Shown: positions 40,412-50,608, counted from the first letter of the stretch. The stretch: 64,000 nucleotides of DNA from Candidatus Binatia bacterium (GCA_963666315.2 CAXXHG010000001.1:1-64000), one strand, 5' to 3'. The notes: generated from the sequence alone by a model not told the origin. Program-made: numbers and translations.

Positions 40412-41416
40412 CTATGGAGCCATTGCTCCATCCGCAAAATATTTAGAGGCTACGTCTCTGGCCTGCTCCCGGCTAAGCCCGTGCGACTCCCAGGCATCGC
40501 GCGAACGATCAAGGATTTCTTCGAGGTCTGTCGTCTTCTTAAAATCCCCAAGTTGATCCTGCTCGGTCTCAAGCCCTAAAGCCTCAGCTACGATAGAGAT
40601 ATAGTTGCGCACGGTGAGGTTCGCATCCCCGATCTCACACCACTCACGGTGACAGGCGTGTGAGATTGTTGCCAGCGTTTCGGCCGGACTCGTCTCTTTT
40701 AATGAGTCGCCCAGTTCTGTCCGAATCTCACGGAATCGCTTGGGCGACATGCGCAGGCCTGCCGCACCGCAGTCGTAGTCAAGCTCTGGTGGAGATTGGA
40801 TTTCATCGAGCAGTTCAATGCCGGGAATTGAACCCAGGAGGATTGCGGCTGACTCCCGGTCTATAGACGCACGTCGCTGTCCCTCTTCATGTCCGGTTCG
40901 CCCGACATGGGTATGCAGCGCAACCTTGCTGGGGACTGATTGTTTCCAAGCGATCTCTCCGCGCTGCACCATGTCAGACAGGAATTTCGTGGTATGGGTG
41001 ATCTCGAACTGCGGTTGGCGACTATCGCGTCCAATGACGATGTCTTTGAAATGCACATTGCACGACGGACACCACATGACGACTTGCTTGGGCTGATACG
41101 ACTCTAAACGTCCGACAGTCCGGTCTGAAACCTGACTGCCTTTCTTGGGCCCGTCAAATTTGTCCCAGACTATGCCACAGCAAAACTGCACACCGCCAAC
41201 TGGAATGAAATCGAGCCCTAGGTGAGTAAAGACGGCTATCACCTGTTTGGCGATATGCGGCGTGCGTAAAATATTACAGCCCAAGTATAGCACCGTGTCA
41301 TAGGCGCGATCGGGCGCTTGGTGCTTCTCTATCCATGACACCTCTTCTGCCTTGATCTGTAATTGCTTGAGATCTTGAAGGCGGCGAAAGAATGCGGCGT
41401 AGTTGAAGTCTGGCAT
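40412..41416 (-). CDS. CCG-domain (Fe-S)-binding protein, HdrB/GlpC-like
   Basis: YLGC, FCCG and WCPSC, with a degenerate second repeat (DCG...HAC). Confidence 0.78.
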   Translation of the reverse strand: MPDFNYAAFFRRLQDLKQLQIKAEEVSWIEKHQAPDRAYDTVLYLGCNILRTPHIAKQVIAVFTHLGLDFIPVGGVQFCCGIVWDKFDGPKKGSQVSDRTVGRLESYQPKQVVMWCPSCNVHFKDIVIGRDSRQPQFEITHTTKFLSDMVQRGEIAWKQSVPSKVALHTHVGRTGHEEGQRRASIDRESAAILLGSIPGIELLDEIQSPPELDYDCGAAGLRMSPKRFREIRTELGDSLKETSPAETLATISHACHREWCEIGDANLTVRNYISIVAEALGLETEQDQLGDFKKTTDLEEILDRSRDAWESHGLSREQARDVASKYFADGAMAP

Positions 41417-41439
41417 ATCTTTACTCTATCAAATCATCG

Positions 41440-41486
41440 GTAGGGTAATTCATGCATTCCCCTAGGTGAGGGTACCCCGACCCTAC
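41440..41486. repeat. Pair of degenerate GTAG REP-like elements
   Basis: GTAGGGTAATTCATGCATTCCCCTAG (resembles 58137-58164) plus inverted GGTGAGGGTACCCCGACCCTAC. Confidence 0.6.
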
Positions 41487-41505
41487 AATCGGTCGTGGGG
41501 TCGGT

Positions 41506-42289
41506 TTAATTCAGGAAAGCGGTCACTGAGCGGACAAACTCCTCGGGTTGCTCATAGGGGATCATGTGTCCGGCTTGCTCAATTTCAACAATCTCGGCAC
41601 TGACAATCTGCTGTTTGAACTGCTCAGCGTAGACCGGCGGAATCAGGGTATCGCTCTTGCCCCACACCAGCAGCGTTGGCGCAGTTAAGCGATACAAACG
41701 TTTTGAAAGTCTGCGGTTGGGGATTGGGAACAGAATTTTCCCCGCCATACTCAGGCGGCGCGAGTTGCCAATGTAGAACTCTTTCAATGCCTCGGGGTTC
41801 TTCAGATCGAGTCCGCCGGTCAGCATGGCCTCACCTTGTGCTCGGTCATGGAACAGGTATTGCGCGAACTCATGCGGAAGAAATGAGAAGATATCCGGAA
41901 TGGGATGCTCTGGTATCCACAGTCCGGCTGATGCCACGAGCACGAGCTTGGACACGTCGTTCGGGGCCAGGCTCGCCATTTCCGCCGCAATCATACCGCC
42001 CATGGAATGGCCGACAATATGCGGCTTGGAGAGGCCCAGCGCATGAACCACATCCCAGCCGTGCAGACTGAAATCCAGCATATCTTCCAACAACCCTTCG
42101 TCGGTTGATTCGCCAAAACCAGGGAATTCCGGGGCAAATACCTGGTAGTGTTCGGCCAGTTGATCGAGAAAGGGATTGTCCGGAAACAATCCGCCTGCTC
42201 CGTGCATGAAGACCAGAGGATCGCCGCTGCCCCCCTTCAAGGACGCGAACCTGTAAGCCCCGTTTCGTTTTGATCATGCGGCCGTTCAT
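41506..42289 (-). pseudogene. Alpha/beta hydrolase, +1 frameshift near the 5' end
   Basis: HGAGG, GHSMGG and AGHM. The coupled start MNGRMIKT at 42289 shifts frame at the G6 run (42230-42235). This may be a sequencing error. Confidence 0.85.
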
Positions 42290-43548
42290 AGCGGTATCCG
42301 TGCGTCCTGGCGTGCCTGCTCAATGCCTTGCTCGGGCTGGAGCCGTTCATCCATAGGCTTGCACCACCAACGGTTGTCGTCCTTCCATTCTGGCCACATA
42401 TCGCGCAGCTGGGGCATCACTTGCTCGGCAAACAGCTTAGAGGAATAACGCGTCTTCCAGTCCGGCATATTGCCAATATGCATCAAGCAGAAAATATTGC
42501 CCACCCGGAGGCTCTTGATCAGATCTTCCATGCGTTCGCGGACCGTGGCCGGGCTACCGGCAATGATATAACCCTCGTCGACCAGCTTTTTCCACGTTAG
42601 GTTCAGATACTGGTTCTGCATATCTTCACTCAAAGCGCTGAGAACGTCGGCCCTAATCGTCTTGATAGTGCGATAGCCCGGCGCATCGGCAAAACCGCCG
42701 TAGACATGTAGACAGCGGTTATAGAAATAGCTGACATGCTCAGCATACATCTCTTCTGCTTGCTGGTCTGTGTCAGCCACACAAATAGTTTGGGCAAATG
42801 CCGCACGGTAGGGGGACTCGTCTTTGCCGCGTGCGGCCACGCGATCCCAATAGCCGTCAAGCAGTTTTTTCGCACGCAGATAGCCGTTGAAGGACAGATA
42901 CGAATAGTTATAGTCGTGATCCAAGCAGAAGTCCCACGTTTCAACCGAACCGCCACCAGGGATATAAATCGGCGGGTTGGGCTTCTGGATCGGTTTCGGC
43001 CACAGATTCACATAGCGGAGTTGAGTGTATTTCCCGTCAAAGGCAAAGGGTTCATCCTCATGCCACGCCCGCATCACGAGCTCGTGCGCCTCGGCATACT
43101 TATCGCGGGTCAAACCCGGAATCTGGCCGTAGCAATAGTTGGTGTCCATAGAAGTCCCGACCGGGAATCCGGCAAGCAGCCGTCCGCCCGAGATAACGTC
43201 GAGCATGGCGAATTCTTCGGCAACCCGAATCGGCGGATTGTACAGGGCCAGCGAGTTGCCTATCACAGCGATGGCGGCTCGGGACGTGCGGCGCGCCAGT
43301 CCTGCTGCAATGAGATTTGGAGACGGCATCAGCCCATACCCATTTTGATGGTGCTCATTCACCCCAATGGCGTCATAGCCCAGGGAATCTGCATATTCGA
43401 GCTGGTCCATGTATTGATGGTAGACAAAGTGGCCTTTCTTGGGGTCAAATAACTTGTTCGGTATGTCCACCCATACAGAACGGTGCTCCTCTCGGAAATT
43501 ATCCGGCAGGTCCGGCCAGGGCATGAGATTAAACCAGGTAAATTTCAT
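42286..43548 (-). CDS. LLM-class flavin-dependent oxidoreductase
   Basis: GVNEHHQN, PSPN, PIRVAEEFAMLDVISGGR and NLWPKPIQKPNPP. RBS GGAGG. Confidence 0.92.
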   Translation of the reverse strand: MKFTWFNLMPWPDLPDNFREEHRSVWVDIPNKLFDPKKGHFVYHQYMDQLEYADSLGYDAIGVNEHHQNGYGLMPSPNLIAAGLARRTSRAAIAVIGNSLALYNPPIRVAEEFAMLDVISGGRLLAGFPVGTSMDTNYCYGQIPGLTRDKYAEAHELVMRAWHEDEPFAFDGKYTQLRYVNLWPKPIQKPNPPIYIPGGGSVETWDFCLDHDYNYSYLSFNGYLRAKKLLDGYWDRVAARGKDESPYRAAFAQTICVADTDQQAEEMYAEHVSYFYNRCLHVYGGFADAPGYRTIKTIRADVLSALSEDMQNQYLNLTWKKLVDEGYIIAGSPATVRERMEDLIKSLRVGNIFCLMHIGNMPDWKTRYSSKLFAEQVMPQLRDMWPEWKDDNRWWCKPMDERLQPEQGIEQARQDARIPL

Positions 43549-43755
43549 TACTTCCTCCGTTGCGTGGACTGTGTTCCTCGTTGCGTGGGCGGTGCACTTC
43601 CAACTTATTCTCCTGTCCGAACTTATCGGACCCGACGGGAGAACTCTAGACCAACAAGGGGTTGGACTGAAGGGGACGCGAAGATGGTAGGGTGGGTCCA
43701 TTCAGGCCCATCGTTTTCTCTCGTCGTTGGTGTTTTCTGGTCAGATCGGGCACTG

Positions 43756-43802
43756 AGAACCCGCCCCGGCGCTTTGCGCCACCCCTCCGTTGGAGGGGAT
43801 TT
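43756..43802. repeat. CCCCTCC/GGAGGGG-type palindromic repeat, copy B2
   Basis: AGAACCCGCCCCGGCGCTTTGCGCCACCCCTCCGTTGGAGGGGATTT. Confidence 0.7.
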
Positions 43803-43826
43803 CAAGGGGATGGGGCGAGAAACGAA

Positions 43827-45093
43827 TCACAACATCTCGTAGAAGCTGCCCTCACCGGGCACAAAGAGGCGGCTGTAGAAGCGCATGGCGTATGAGTCGG
43901 TCATACCGGCTAGGAAATCGCAGATGACGCGTTTCCGGTCGGTTTCGTTGCCGTCGAGTACGGCTTTTTCGTACTGCTCGCCATGATTTTCGGGGAAGAG
44001 GCCGATGGATTCGTGGCCTTGATCGAGGACGGCAAAGAGCCGTTGGAGCACTTCTTTGCCTTTGTGTCCGAGTGTGGTCACACGTGGGTTGTGAATGACT
44101 TTATACGACTCAAACGCCTTGAGCGCTTCAATGCGGACCCGGTTGGGAAAGTCGGTGTCGATAAAAACCGTTGGGCTGAACGGCGACGGGGCTGGCAAAC
44201 TCGTGGATCAAATCGCGGGTTAACATTTTTCGTCCGGCCCGGGCTGAGCGCTGCTCAAGGTGTTCGAGCCGGTCGGCAATTTGGGCCAGCTCGGTATGGA
44301 CGGTGCCTTCATTGACTATCTGTTCCCAGGCCGTGAGGTTGGTATTCACGTCATGCACAACAAGCGCAGGCGGCAGACGCCGGAGGTCTGCGGTCGTCAA
44401 TAAACCCGCTTTGAGGCTGTCTTCCAGATCGTGCACGGAGTAGGCAATGTCGTCGGCAACATCCATGATCTGGCATTCGAAGCTCTGTTTGTGGCCGCTG
44501 CCGGTGTGTTGGGTAATGGTCTCTACAAGTGCGCGGTCCCAGGCGTAGTAGCCTTTCGCCGGTCGCTGCGGCGCGTTGGCAATGGCTGCCGCGTCGATAC
44601 ACGTCTTATATTTGAGCACTCCATCAAGGGTCTGATAGGTCAGATTCAGCCCGGCATAGTCCTCGTGTTTTTGCTCGAGATAGGTCAGGATGCGAAAGGT
44701 CTGGGCGTTGCCCTCAAAGCCGCCATGCGCACGCATAAGGCTGTGCAGCGTACGCTCTCCATTATGCCCAAAGGGTGGATGACCGAGGTCGTGGGCTAAA
44801 CACACGGCTTCAACCAAATCGGTATCAGCCCCAAGCGCGAGGGCAATGCCTTTGGCGATTTGTGCCACTTCGAGCGAATGGGTGAGGCGGGTACGAAAAA
44901 AGTCACCTTCATAGATACCGAAAACCTGGGTCTTGCCTTGTAGACGTCGGAAAGCAGCCGCATGAATAATCCGCGCCCGGTCGTGCTCAAATTCGGACCG
45001 GCAGTCGCTCTGTGCATGGCCTGGTTCCGGCGTATGCCGAAATGCGTGTGTTGTTTGGGCTGGTGTCACTATTGCCTCTCTATATGGCAGCAT
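43827..45093 (-). pseudogene. dgt: dGTP triphosphohydrolase (HD family), frameshifted
   Basis: FRRLQGKTQV, RTRLTHSLEV, HDLGHPPFGH, DDIAYSVHDLED and DFLAGMTD. Frame changes at the T5 run (44163-44167). Confidence 0.88.
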
Positions 45094-45452
45094 AAACGAG
45101 TTTTCTTCTGTCTCGCAAGGCGCTGTTCCTTTGCATGCTACGGGGGGCATATGATACAAAGCTTTTAGGTGGGCTGTCAGTGGGACACACAGATTGCATC
45201 CCACGTATTAGGGAGAGAGGCTCAGGTGGGGTAGACGGGCGGAGGCCGGAGAATACGACAACCGATAATCTTGGTGATAATCTCGTAATCGCTGGAGGTA
45301 CATGTAATGTGGTCGACAACGTGGAGTGATTTCTGCCGTGTTTCTTTGTGGCGGACCCGCTCAAAGGGAGCGTAAGAAGCATACGCATATAGCGCCGGCG
45401 CTTTGGAAGAGTGCTGGCGTAAGGGTAGTGGAGGCGGTGCAGGATGAGGGGG

Positions 45453-45788
45453 ATGAAGAGACCCGTGTGGTCATTGTGCATGTGCATTGTCTGGCTTATC
45501 TTTTTGGCCGGTTGTAGTGCCCAGCAGCGGATGTCGGACCAGGCTGTCGACGATCCCTTTGCCAGCGACCCATTTGACGACCCGTTTTTCGCCCAGGCTC
45601 AGGCATGGGACGCTTCGGTACTGCAGCAGAGTGAGATCCTCTCACACCAGGGTGCAGATGCGTACGGTAGTAGTGCGATGGAGGAAGAGGAATCCACGCT
45701 CGAAAAGGGCCGAAATATCGTCTTCACTTCCGTTGCAGTCGGAGCCTCGCTGGCGAATCTCTTCCTACTGCCGCTACTCATTCCATAG
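45453..45788 (+). CDS. Hypothetical lipoprotein
   Basis: Lipobox LAGC, DDPF repeats and a hydrophobic C-terminus. Confidence 0.7.
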   Translation: MKRPVWSLCMCIVWLIFLAGCSAQQRMSDQAVDDPFASDPFDDPFFAQAQAWDASVLQQSEILSHQGADAYGSSAMEEEESTLEKGRNIVFTSVAVGASLANLFLLPLLIP

Positions 45789-45803
45789 AGTTCAGACTTA
45801 CCG

Positions 45804-45857
45804 GTAGGGTGCGCCCTGCGCGCCAGGCCAGAGCGGGGCCGCGGCTGCGCATCCTAC
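45804..45857. repeat. Inverted pair of GTAG REP-like elements
   Basis: GTAGGGTGCGC...GCGCATCCTAC. Confidence 0.65.
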
Positions 45858-45920
45858 GAATAGGTATGCAGTGGCAAATCGAATCGGCCTATGCTCTAAT
45901 CGCGGCCCGAGGAGGCTGGT

Positions 45921-47084
45921 ATGGAAACGCTCAAGGATAAAACCGCAATTGTTGGAATCGGACACACCGAGTACTCGAAAGATTCGGGCCGAAGCGAGAT
46001 GAGTCTTGCGGTCGAGGCAATCCGGAATGCCATTAACGATGCAGGGCTCAAGCCCGGCGACATCGACGGTATCGCAAAATTCAGCATGGATAACAATGAT
46101 CCGGTCGATATCGCGGCCAATCTCGGTATTCCGGCCCTGCGATTTTACGCCGAAGCCCCGTATGGCGGCGGTGGTGGTCCGGTGGGATCGATTATGCTCG
46201 GGGCAATGGCCGTGGCAACCGGTATGGCAAACTGTGTCATTGCCTTTCGAGCCATGAATGAACGCTCCGGACGTGGGACCCCGCGTTTTGGGCGGGCTGC
46301 CATTCGCAAAGGCGCGGCCGGCGTCGGAGCCTATCTCGAACCGTACGGGCTGTTTAGCCCGGCCCAGATGGTGGCCTTAGCCGCACGGCGGCATATGCAT
46401 TTGTACGGCACCAAGAGTGAACATTTTGGTGCGATTTCGGTTGCGTGTCGGACGCATGCACAGACGAACCCGAATGCCGTTATGCGCGGCCGTCCGATCA
46501 CGCTTGAAGATCATCAAAGCTCACGCATTATCGCTGACCCGCTCCATTTGCTGGACTGTTGCTTGGAAACCGATGGCGGTGCGGCTGTGGTGATTACCTC
46601 TACCGAGCGTGCAAAAGATTGCAAACATAAACCCATTTCTATTATGAGTGGGGCCTTTGGGGCGGGTGAGTGGAATACCCAGCGGGTGGTCAAAAACGTT
46701 GAGAAACCGGAGACGGAATCGACTATAGCCGGCAAGGCGCTTTTTGCCCGTGCCGGCATTACGCATGCCGATGTGGACGTGTGTTTTATTTACGACCACT
46801 TTACCCCCCTGGTCTTAATGGCAATCGAAGAGCTGGGCTTTTGTCAGCGTGGAGAAGGGGGAGAATTTGTCTCAGACGGTAAATTGCTGTGGCCGAACGG
46901 CTCTCTGCCGCTTAACACGAGTGGCGGCAATCTATCCGAAGGCTATATCCACGGCATGGAGAATGTGGTTGAAGCCGTACGGCAACTACGAGGACAGGCC
47001 ATCAATCAAGTTGAGGATGCGAAGATTGCCTTTGTCTCCTCGGGTAACGGAGTGCCGACCACGGCCATGCTGTTGCACCGCTAA
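45921..47084 (+). CDS. Thiolase-like lipid-transfer protein (Ltp2/SCP-x type)
   Basis: AIVGIGHT, DCCLETDGG, IYDHFT and NTSGGNLSEGYIHG. Confidence 0.9.
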   Translation: METLKDKTAIVGIGHTEYSKDSGRSEMSLAVEAIRNAINDAGLKPGDIDGIAKFSMDNNDPVDIAANLGIPALRFYAEAPYGGGGGPVGSIMLGAMAVATGMANCVIAFRAMNERSGRGTPRFGRAAIRKGAAGVGAYLEPYGLFSPAQMVALAARRHMHLYGTKSEHFGAISVACRTHAQTNPNAVMRGRPITLEDHQSSRIIADPLHLLDCCLETDGGAAVVITSTERAKDCKHKPISIMSGAFGAGEWNTQRVVKNVEKPETESTIAGKALFARAGITHADVDVCFIYDHFTPLVLMAIEELGFCQRGEGGEFVSDGKLLWPNGSLPLNTSGGNLSEGYIHGMENVVEAVRQLRGQAINQVEDAKIAFVSSGNGVPTTAMLLHR

Positions 47085-47278
47085 CGTATAGCCTCTGCTC
47101 GTTTCTGATAGCCGTCACACTCCAGAACCGGCAAGCGCGGATATTTTGGATAGTCTTCTTGCGTTTCGGAGCGTCCGCAATAATAAAAGCGAGATCCCTT
47201 GGCGCTGACAATTTCACGCGTGTGCTTGCACGAGGCACATAGCCCGGTTTCAGGCGAAGAGGGATGTTGTTCAGCCAT
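47081..47278 (-). CDS. Small Cys-rich hypothetical protein
   Basis: GLCASC...GSRFYYC...YPKYPRLPVLECDGY. 65 aa with 4 Cys. Confidence 0.7.
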   Translation of the reverse strand: MAEQHPSSPETGLCASCKHTREIVSAKGSRFYYCGRSETQEDYPKYPRLPVLECDGYQKRAEAIR

Positions 47279-47444
47279 ACTCAAAATACCGCTGTTGCGC
47301 TGGGATGAGAGTCTCCCCGAGCCTGCATTGCCTTCGTGCGCTAGGATTGCTCTTGACAAGGAACTTATCAAGCTCATAGGCCAGGAGGGAAAAGGACACA
47401 ACTGTTCTGATGTTTATCCTGTTTCGGAAGGAAAGGAGGCCCGC

Positions 47445-47903
47445 ATGGTAGCCCGCATAGTAGAATATGGCGATGTAAAAACCCTGGTCGGTCAAGAACT
47501 CGGCACCTCTGATTGGCATCTCGTCACCCAAGAGGAAATTAATACGTTCGCTGATGCGACCCACGATCACCAATGGATACACATTGATGTCGAGCGAGCG
47601 AAAAAAGAGTCGCCGTTTGGAGGGCCGGTCGCGCATGGGTATTACACGCTTTCTCTTGCGCCGTATTTCATGGACCAAATCTGGGCAGTCCAAGGGATTA
47701 AGATGGGTGTGAATTATGGACTGAATAAACTGCGCTTCCCGTCTCCCGTGCCTAGTGGCAAAAAGGTTCGGGCGCGCGCCACACTCAACAGTGTGGAAGA
47801 TGTGACCGGCGGACTCCAAGTCACGATTGGCCTGACGTTTGAGGTCGAGGGGAGCAGTAAGCCGGCCTGCGTGGCCGAAGGTGTGTATCGCTTCTACGCG
47901 TAG
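47445..47903 (+). CDS. MaoC/NodN-like dehydratase
   Basis: FADATHDHQWIHID, AHGYYTLSL and NYGLNKLRF. RBS AAGGAGG. Confidence 0.92.
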   Translation: MVARIVEYGDVKTLVGQELGTSDWHLVTQEEINTFADATHDHQWIHIDVERAKKESPFGGPVAHGYYTLSLAPYFMDQIWAVQGIKMGVNYGLNKLRFPSPVPSGKKVRARATLNSVEDVTGGLQVTIGLTFEVEGSSKPACVAEGVYRFYA

Positions 47904-47904
47904 A

Positions 47905-49200
47905 GAAGGTCCTGATACACTTGTAAGTCCGAGAGCATGCGTCGCTCTCGGACCTGTGCTAATCGTTGTTGTCTGCTTCCGTGGGTGCACCCAGCGTATC
48001 GTGAGCGAGGGAGTTGAAAGATGGCGGCTATAGGTGAGAGTTCCTAAAGGGATGACTGCGCTGGTTTCGATTGCAGTGACTGCCTGCATGCCAGGGGTCG
48101 CCTGCTCGGAGGATGCGATTTCTTGGCCAGCCTGTTCTGGAGGCGGGGAGGCCCAGAAATACAGTCCAGCGAGGACGGCTCCAACTATGCGCGGTGTTGT
48201 ATTTCCCGAGAAGGTATGGGTCTGCTGAGCAGCTGATGTCCGCTGGGATAGTGCCGCAGGGGCAGCAGACGCAGAAGCGGAAGATTGTTCTCCTGACTGC
48301 AGCGTCGGTGCGTGCTCTTTCGGTTGAAACCGTGAGGGGACGGCTGCCGACTGAGAATCAGCAGGGGCACGGTCGAAGAGGACTTTGTAGGCACGCACCG
48401 GGCGCGCGATGTTTTTTACTTTTTGTGGACCTAAGTCTTCGTAAGAAAATTCGAGCTTCGTTTCGACTCGATCGAATACGGTCCCGGAAATACACACTTC
48501 CCCACCATCGGCCAGTGGTTCGAGTAGCTGGCCCAGGTCAGACTCTGCCCGCCATACTCTTCAAGCGCTGCGTGCCGCGCCTGTTGGAGAGCCATGCCAA
48601 GACTGTGGCCACTTGCCATACTTTGGAACCGGGTCAATTCAATGCCTTCAACTCCCTTGAGTAGACTGAGTAATTGCTGCGCCCCAATTTTCGCTTGGGG
48701 CAAGGTTTCTGTTGGATCGGCTATTAAGAGGACTTTGAAAGGTTGAGTGAGAGTGCCTGTGGCAGTCGTGACTGGGACGGCATAGTCGGTAATGATCTGC
48801 CGGCCGACTCGGAACTTTGTGGCCAGGAAATCATGGCCATCGTAGCACAGCTCCCACGGAAAATGGATGAGTTGTTCGACCAAGCGGAGGTAGAGATCGC
48901 ACGGCTCACCGGTCCGGAGGCGATTGCGAGCCGGTTCAGTCAATAAGTCAGAGAAAATCAACTCGCCAATGCGTTTGAGATCCGGCAGCAGCGTGCCCGG
49001 CGTATCCGGATTGTACAGAGCCGTCGGCTCTTGGGACAGTTTGCCGTTTCCAGGCGCAACGAGCTTCATGGCCTCGTCTGCCGGCTCTTGGAGTAAACTG
49101 TTCTCGACCAGGGTCTCGCTGCGCTGCTGCTGAGCCGAACTCATGAGTACCGTGCCTTGCAATGCACGTCTGCAAGTTCAACGCAAAAAATACGTCGCAA
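47905..49200 (-). pseudogene. Decayed CHAT-domain / class III adenylate-guanylate cyclase / TM fusion gene
   Basis: FPWELCYDG and VLLIADPT..L (CHAT N-part), ALQQAR...TWASY (CHAT end), GEVCISGTVFD..LGPQKVKNIARPVRAY (cyclase end), then a TM segment. Internal pieces are missing and boundaries are approximate. Confidence 0.72.
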
Positions 49201-49307
49201 AATTTTTTGTCGAAAAGTACTCCTCTGTCGGGCTAACTGCTTTCAGAACATTTTGTCAGGTCGATTTGTTTTGGAAAGTAGAAAGATGCAGAAAAATCAT
49301 TGCGGTT

Positions 49308-50453
49308 TCAGGTTTCCGGCTGTAAGCGATGGGCATATTTGCGATACAAACCACGGAACTGGTGGTAGGTGAGTCCTAGTTGCGCAGCTGTTTTGCGTTG
49401 GTTATAGCGTGTTTTCTTGAGGGCGCGTTCGAGCAGTAGACATTCGAAATTTTGTACCGATTCAATAAATGGTTTGTCCACTCGGCGAAGAGGCACACCA
49501 GGTTCTCTTTCGCCAGGCCCTCTGATGGATGTTTGATGTAAAGAGTCAGGCACGTCTGGGGTGGAGAGACGAAACGGTGACTGAAACGGATCAGTCACGA
49601 TATCGGAATCGCGGATAGTTGCACTATCCGCGCGATACACTGCTCGCTCGACAACGTTCTTTAATTCTCGGATATTCCCTGGCCACTGGTACCGGTCGAG
49701 GCTCGTGAGTGCGTCCTCACTGAAACGTGGGACGCTGTCTTTCCCCAGCTCAAACGCCATACGAGCGGCAAAGTGATTTGCCAAGAGAAAAATATCCTCG
49801 CGGCGTTCGCGCAGGGGGGGAAGGAAAAGGACCTCAAAAGAGAGCCGATCAAGCAAATCGGATTTAAAGCGGCCCTGGACAGCCAGGGCTTTGAGATCGG
49901 CATTGGTGGCACCGATGATTTGGACATGCACCGAGATCGGCTGCGAACTTCCCACACGTTCGAAGCTGCCGTATTCGACCGCACGAAGAATTTTCTCTTG
50001 GGCTTCAGGAGGTATTTGACCAATTTCGTCCAGAAACAGGCTGCCGCCGTTGGCGGTCTCGAAACGGCCAAGACGCCGCCGCGTTGCGCCAGTAAAAGCG
50101 CCTTCTTCATGGCCGAACAATTCTGCTTCGATAAGCGCAGGTGACAGTGCTGCGCAGTTCAGGGTAACAAACGGTCCTTGCCAACGAGCAGAGAGGTAGT
50201 GCAGCCGGGACGCTGCCAGTTCCTTTCCTGTCCCGCGTTCGCCTATGAGCAAGACCGGCCGGTTGACCCGAGCGACCCGAGAGAGCTGCTCCTGAAATTC
50301 CAGAAATGATTCGGACTGGCCGAGCGCCTCCATTGAAGTGATTTGGGAAGTGATCTGCGGATTTGCCTGGAGATCCGTCTGCGAATCTATCTGATTCTCT
50401 AAAAGAGAATCCCGGACTAATTGACGGTTTTTATAGGTAGGTTTTTTCGCCAT
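49308..50453 (-). CDS. pspF: Phage shock protein operon sigma54 activator PspF
   Basis: [26 protein letters not shown] and [14 protein letters not shown]. No receiver domain, and divergent from pspA. Confidence 0.95.
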   Translation of the reverse strand: MAKKPTYKNRQLVRDSLLENQIDSQTDLQANPQITSQITSMEALGQSESFLEFQEQLSRVARVNRPVLLIGERGTGKELAASRLHYLSARWQGPFVTLNCAALSPALIEAELFGHEEGAFTGATRRRLGRFETANGGSLFLDEIGQIPPEAQEKILRAVEYGSFERVGSSQPISVHVQIIGATNADLKALAVQGRFKSDLLDRLSFEVLFLPPLRERREDIFLLANHFAARMAFELGKDSVPRFSEDALTSLDRYQWPGNIRELKNVVERAVYRADSATIRDSDIVTDPFQSPFRLSTPDVPDSLHQTSIRGPGEREPGVPLRRVDKPFIESVQNFECLLLERALKKTRYNQRKTAAQLGLTYHQFRGLYRKYAHRLQPET

Positions 50454-50556
50454 TTTTTAGTTTTTATAACACGAATATGGGCTAACAAACTATACGTAAT
50501 TTTCTTGTATGTTCATAAAGGCGTGAAATAAATTGACTTCTTTACTTTTCTGTAAT

Positions 50557-50572
50557 TGGCACGCTACCTGCT
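50557..50572 (+). promoter_or_regulatory. sigma54 (-24/-12) promoter of pspA
   Basis: TGGCACGCTACCTGCT, preceded by an AT-rich stretch. Confidence 0.88.
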
Positions 50573-50608
50573 CATACCCGACTGAAGACTACACAAAGGA
50601 GAGACAGG

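Noticed and set aside
43827-45093. Anti-phage dGTPase defence system
   Set aside because: It resembles ordinary dgt, and no defence-island context is present.
47271-48497. 408-aa ORF as a real protein
   Set aside because: Only its first part is a cyclase remnant. The rest is read-through antisense to the MaoC gene.
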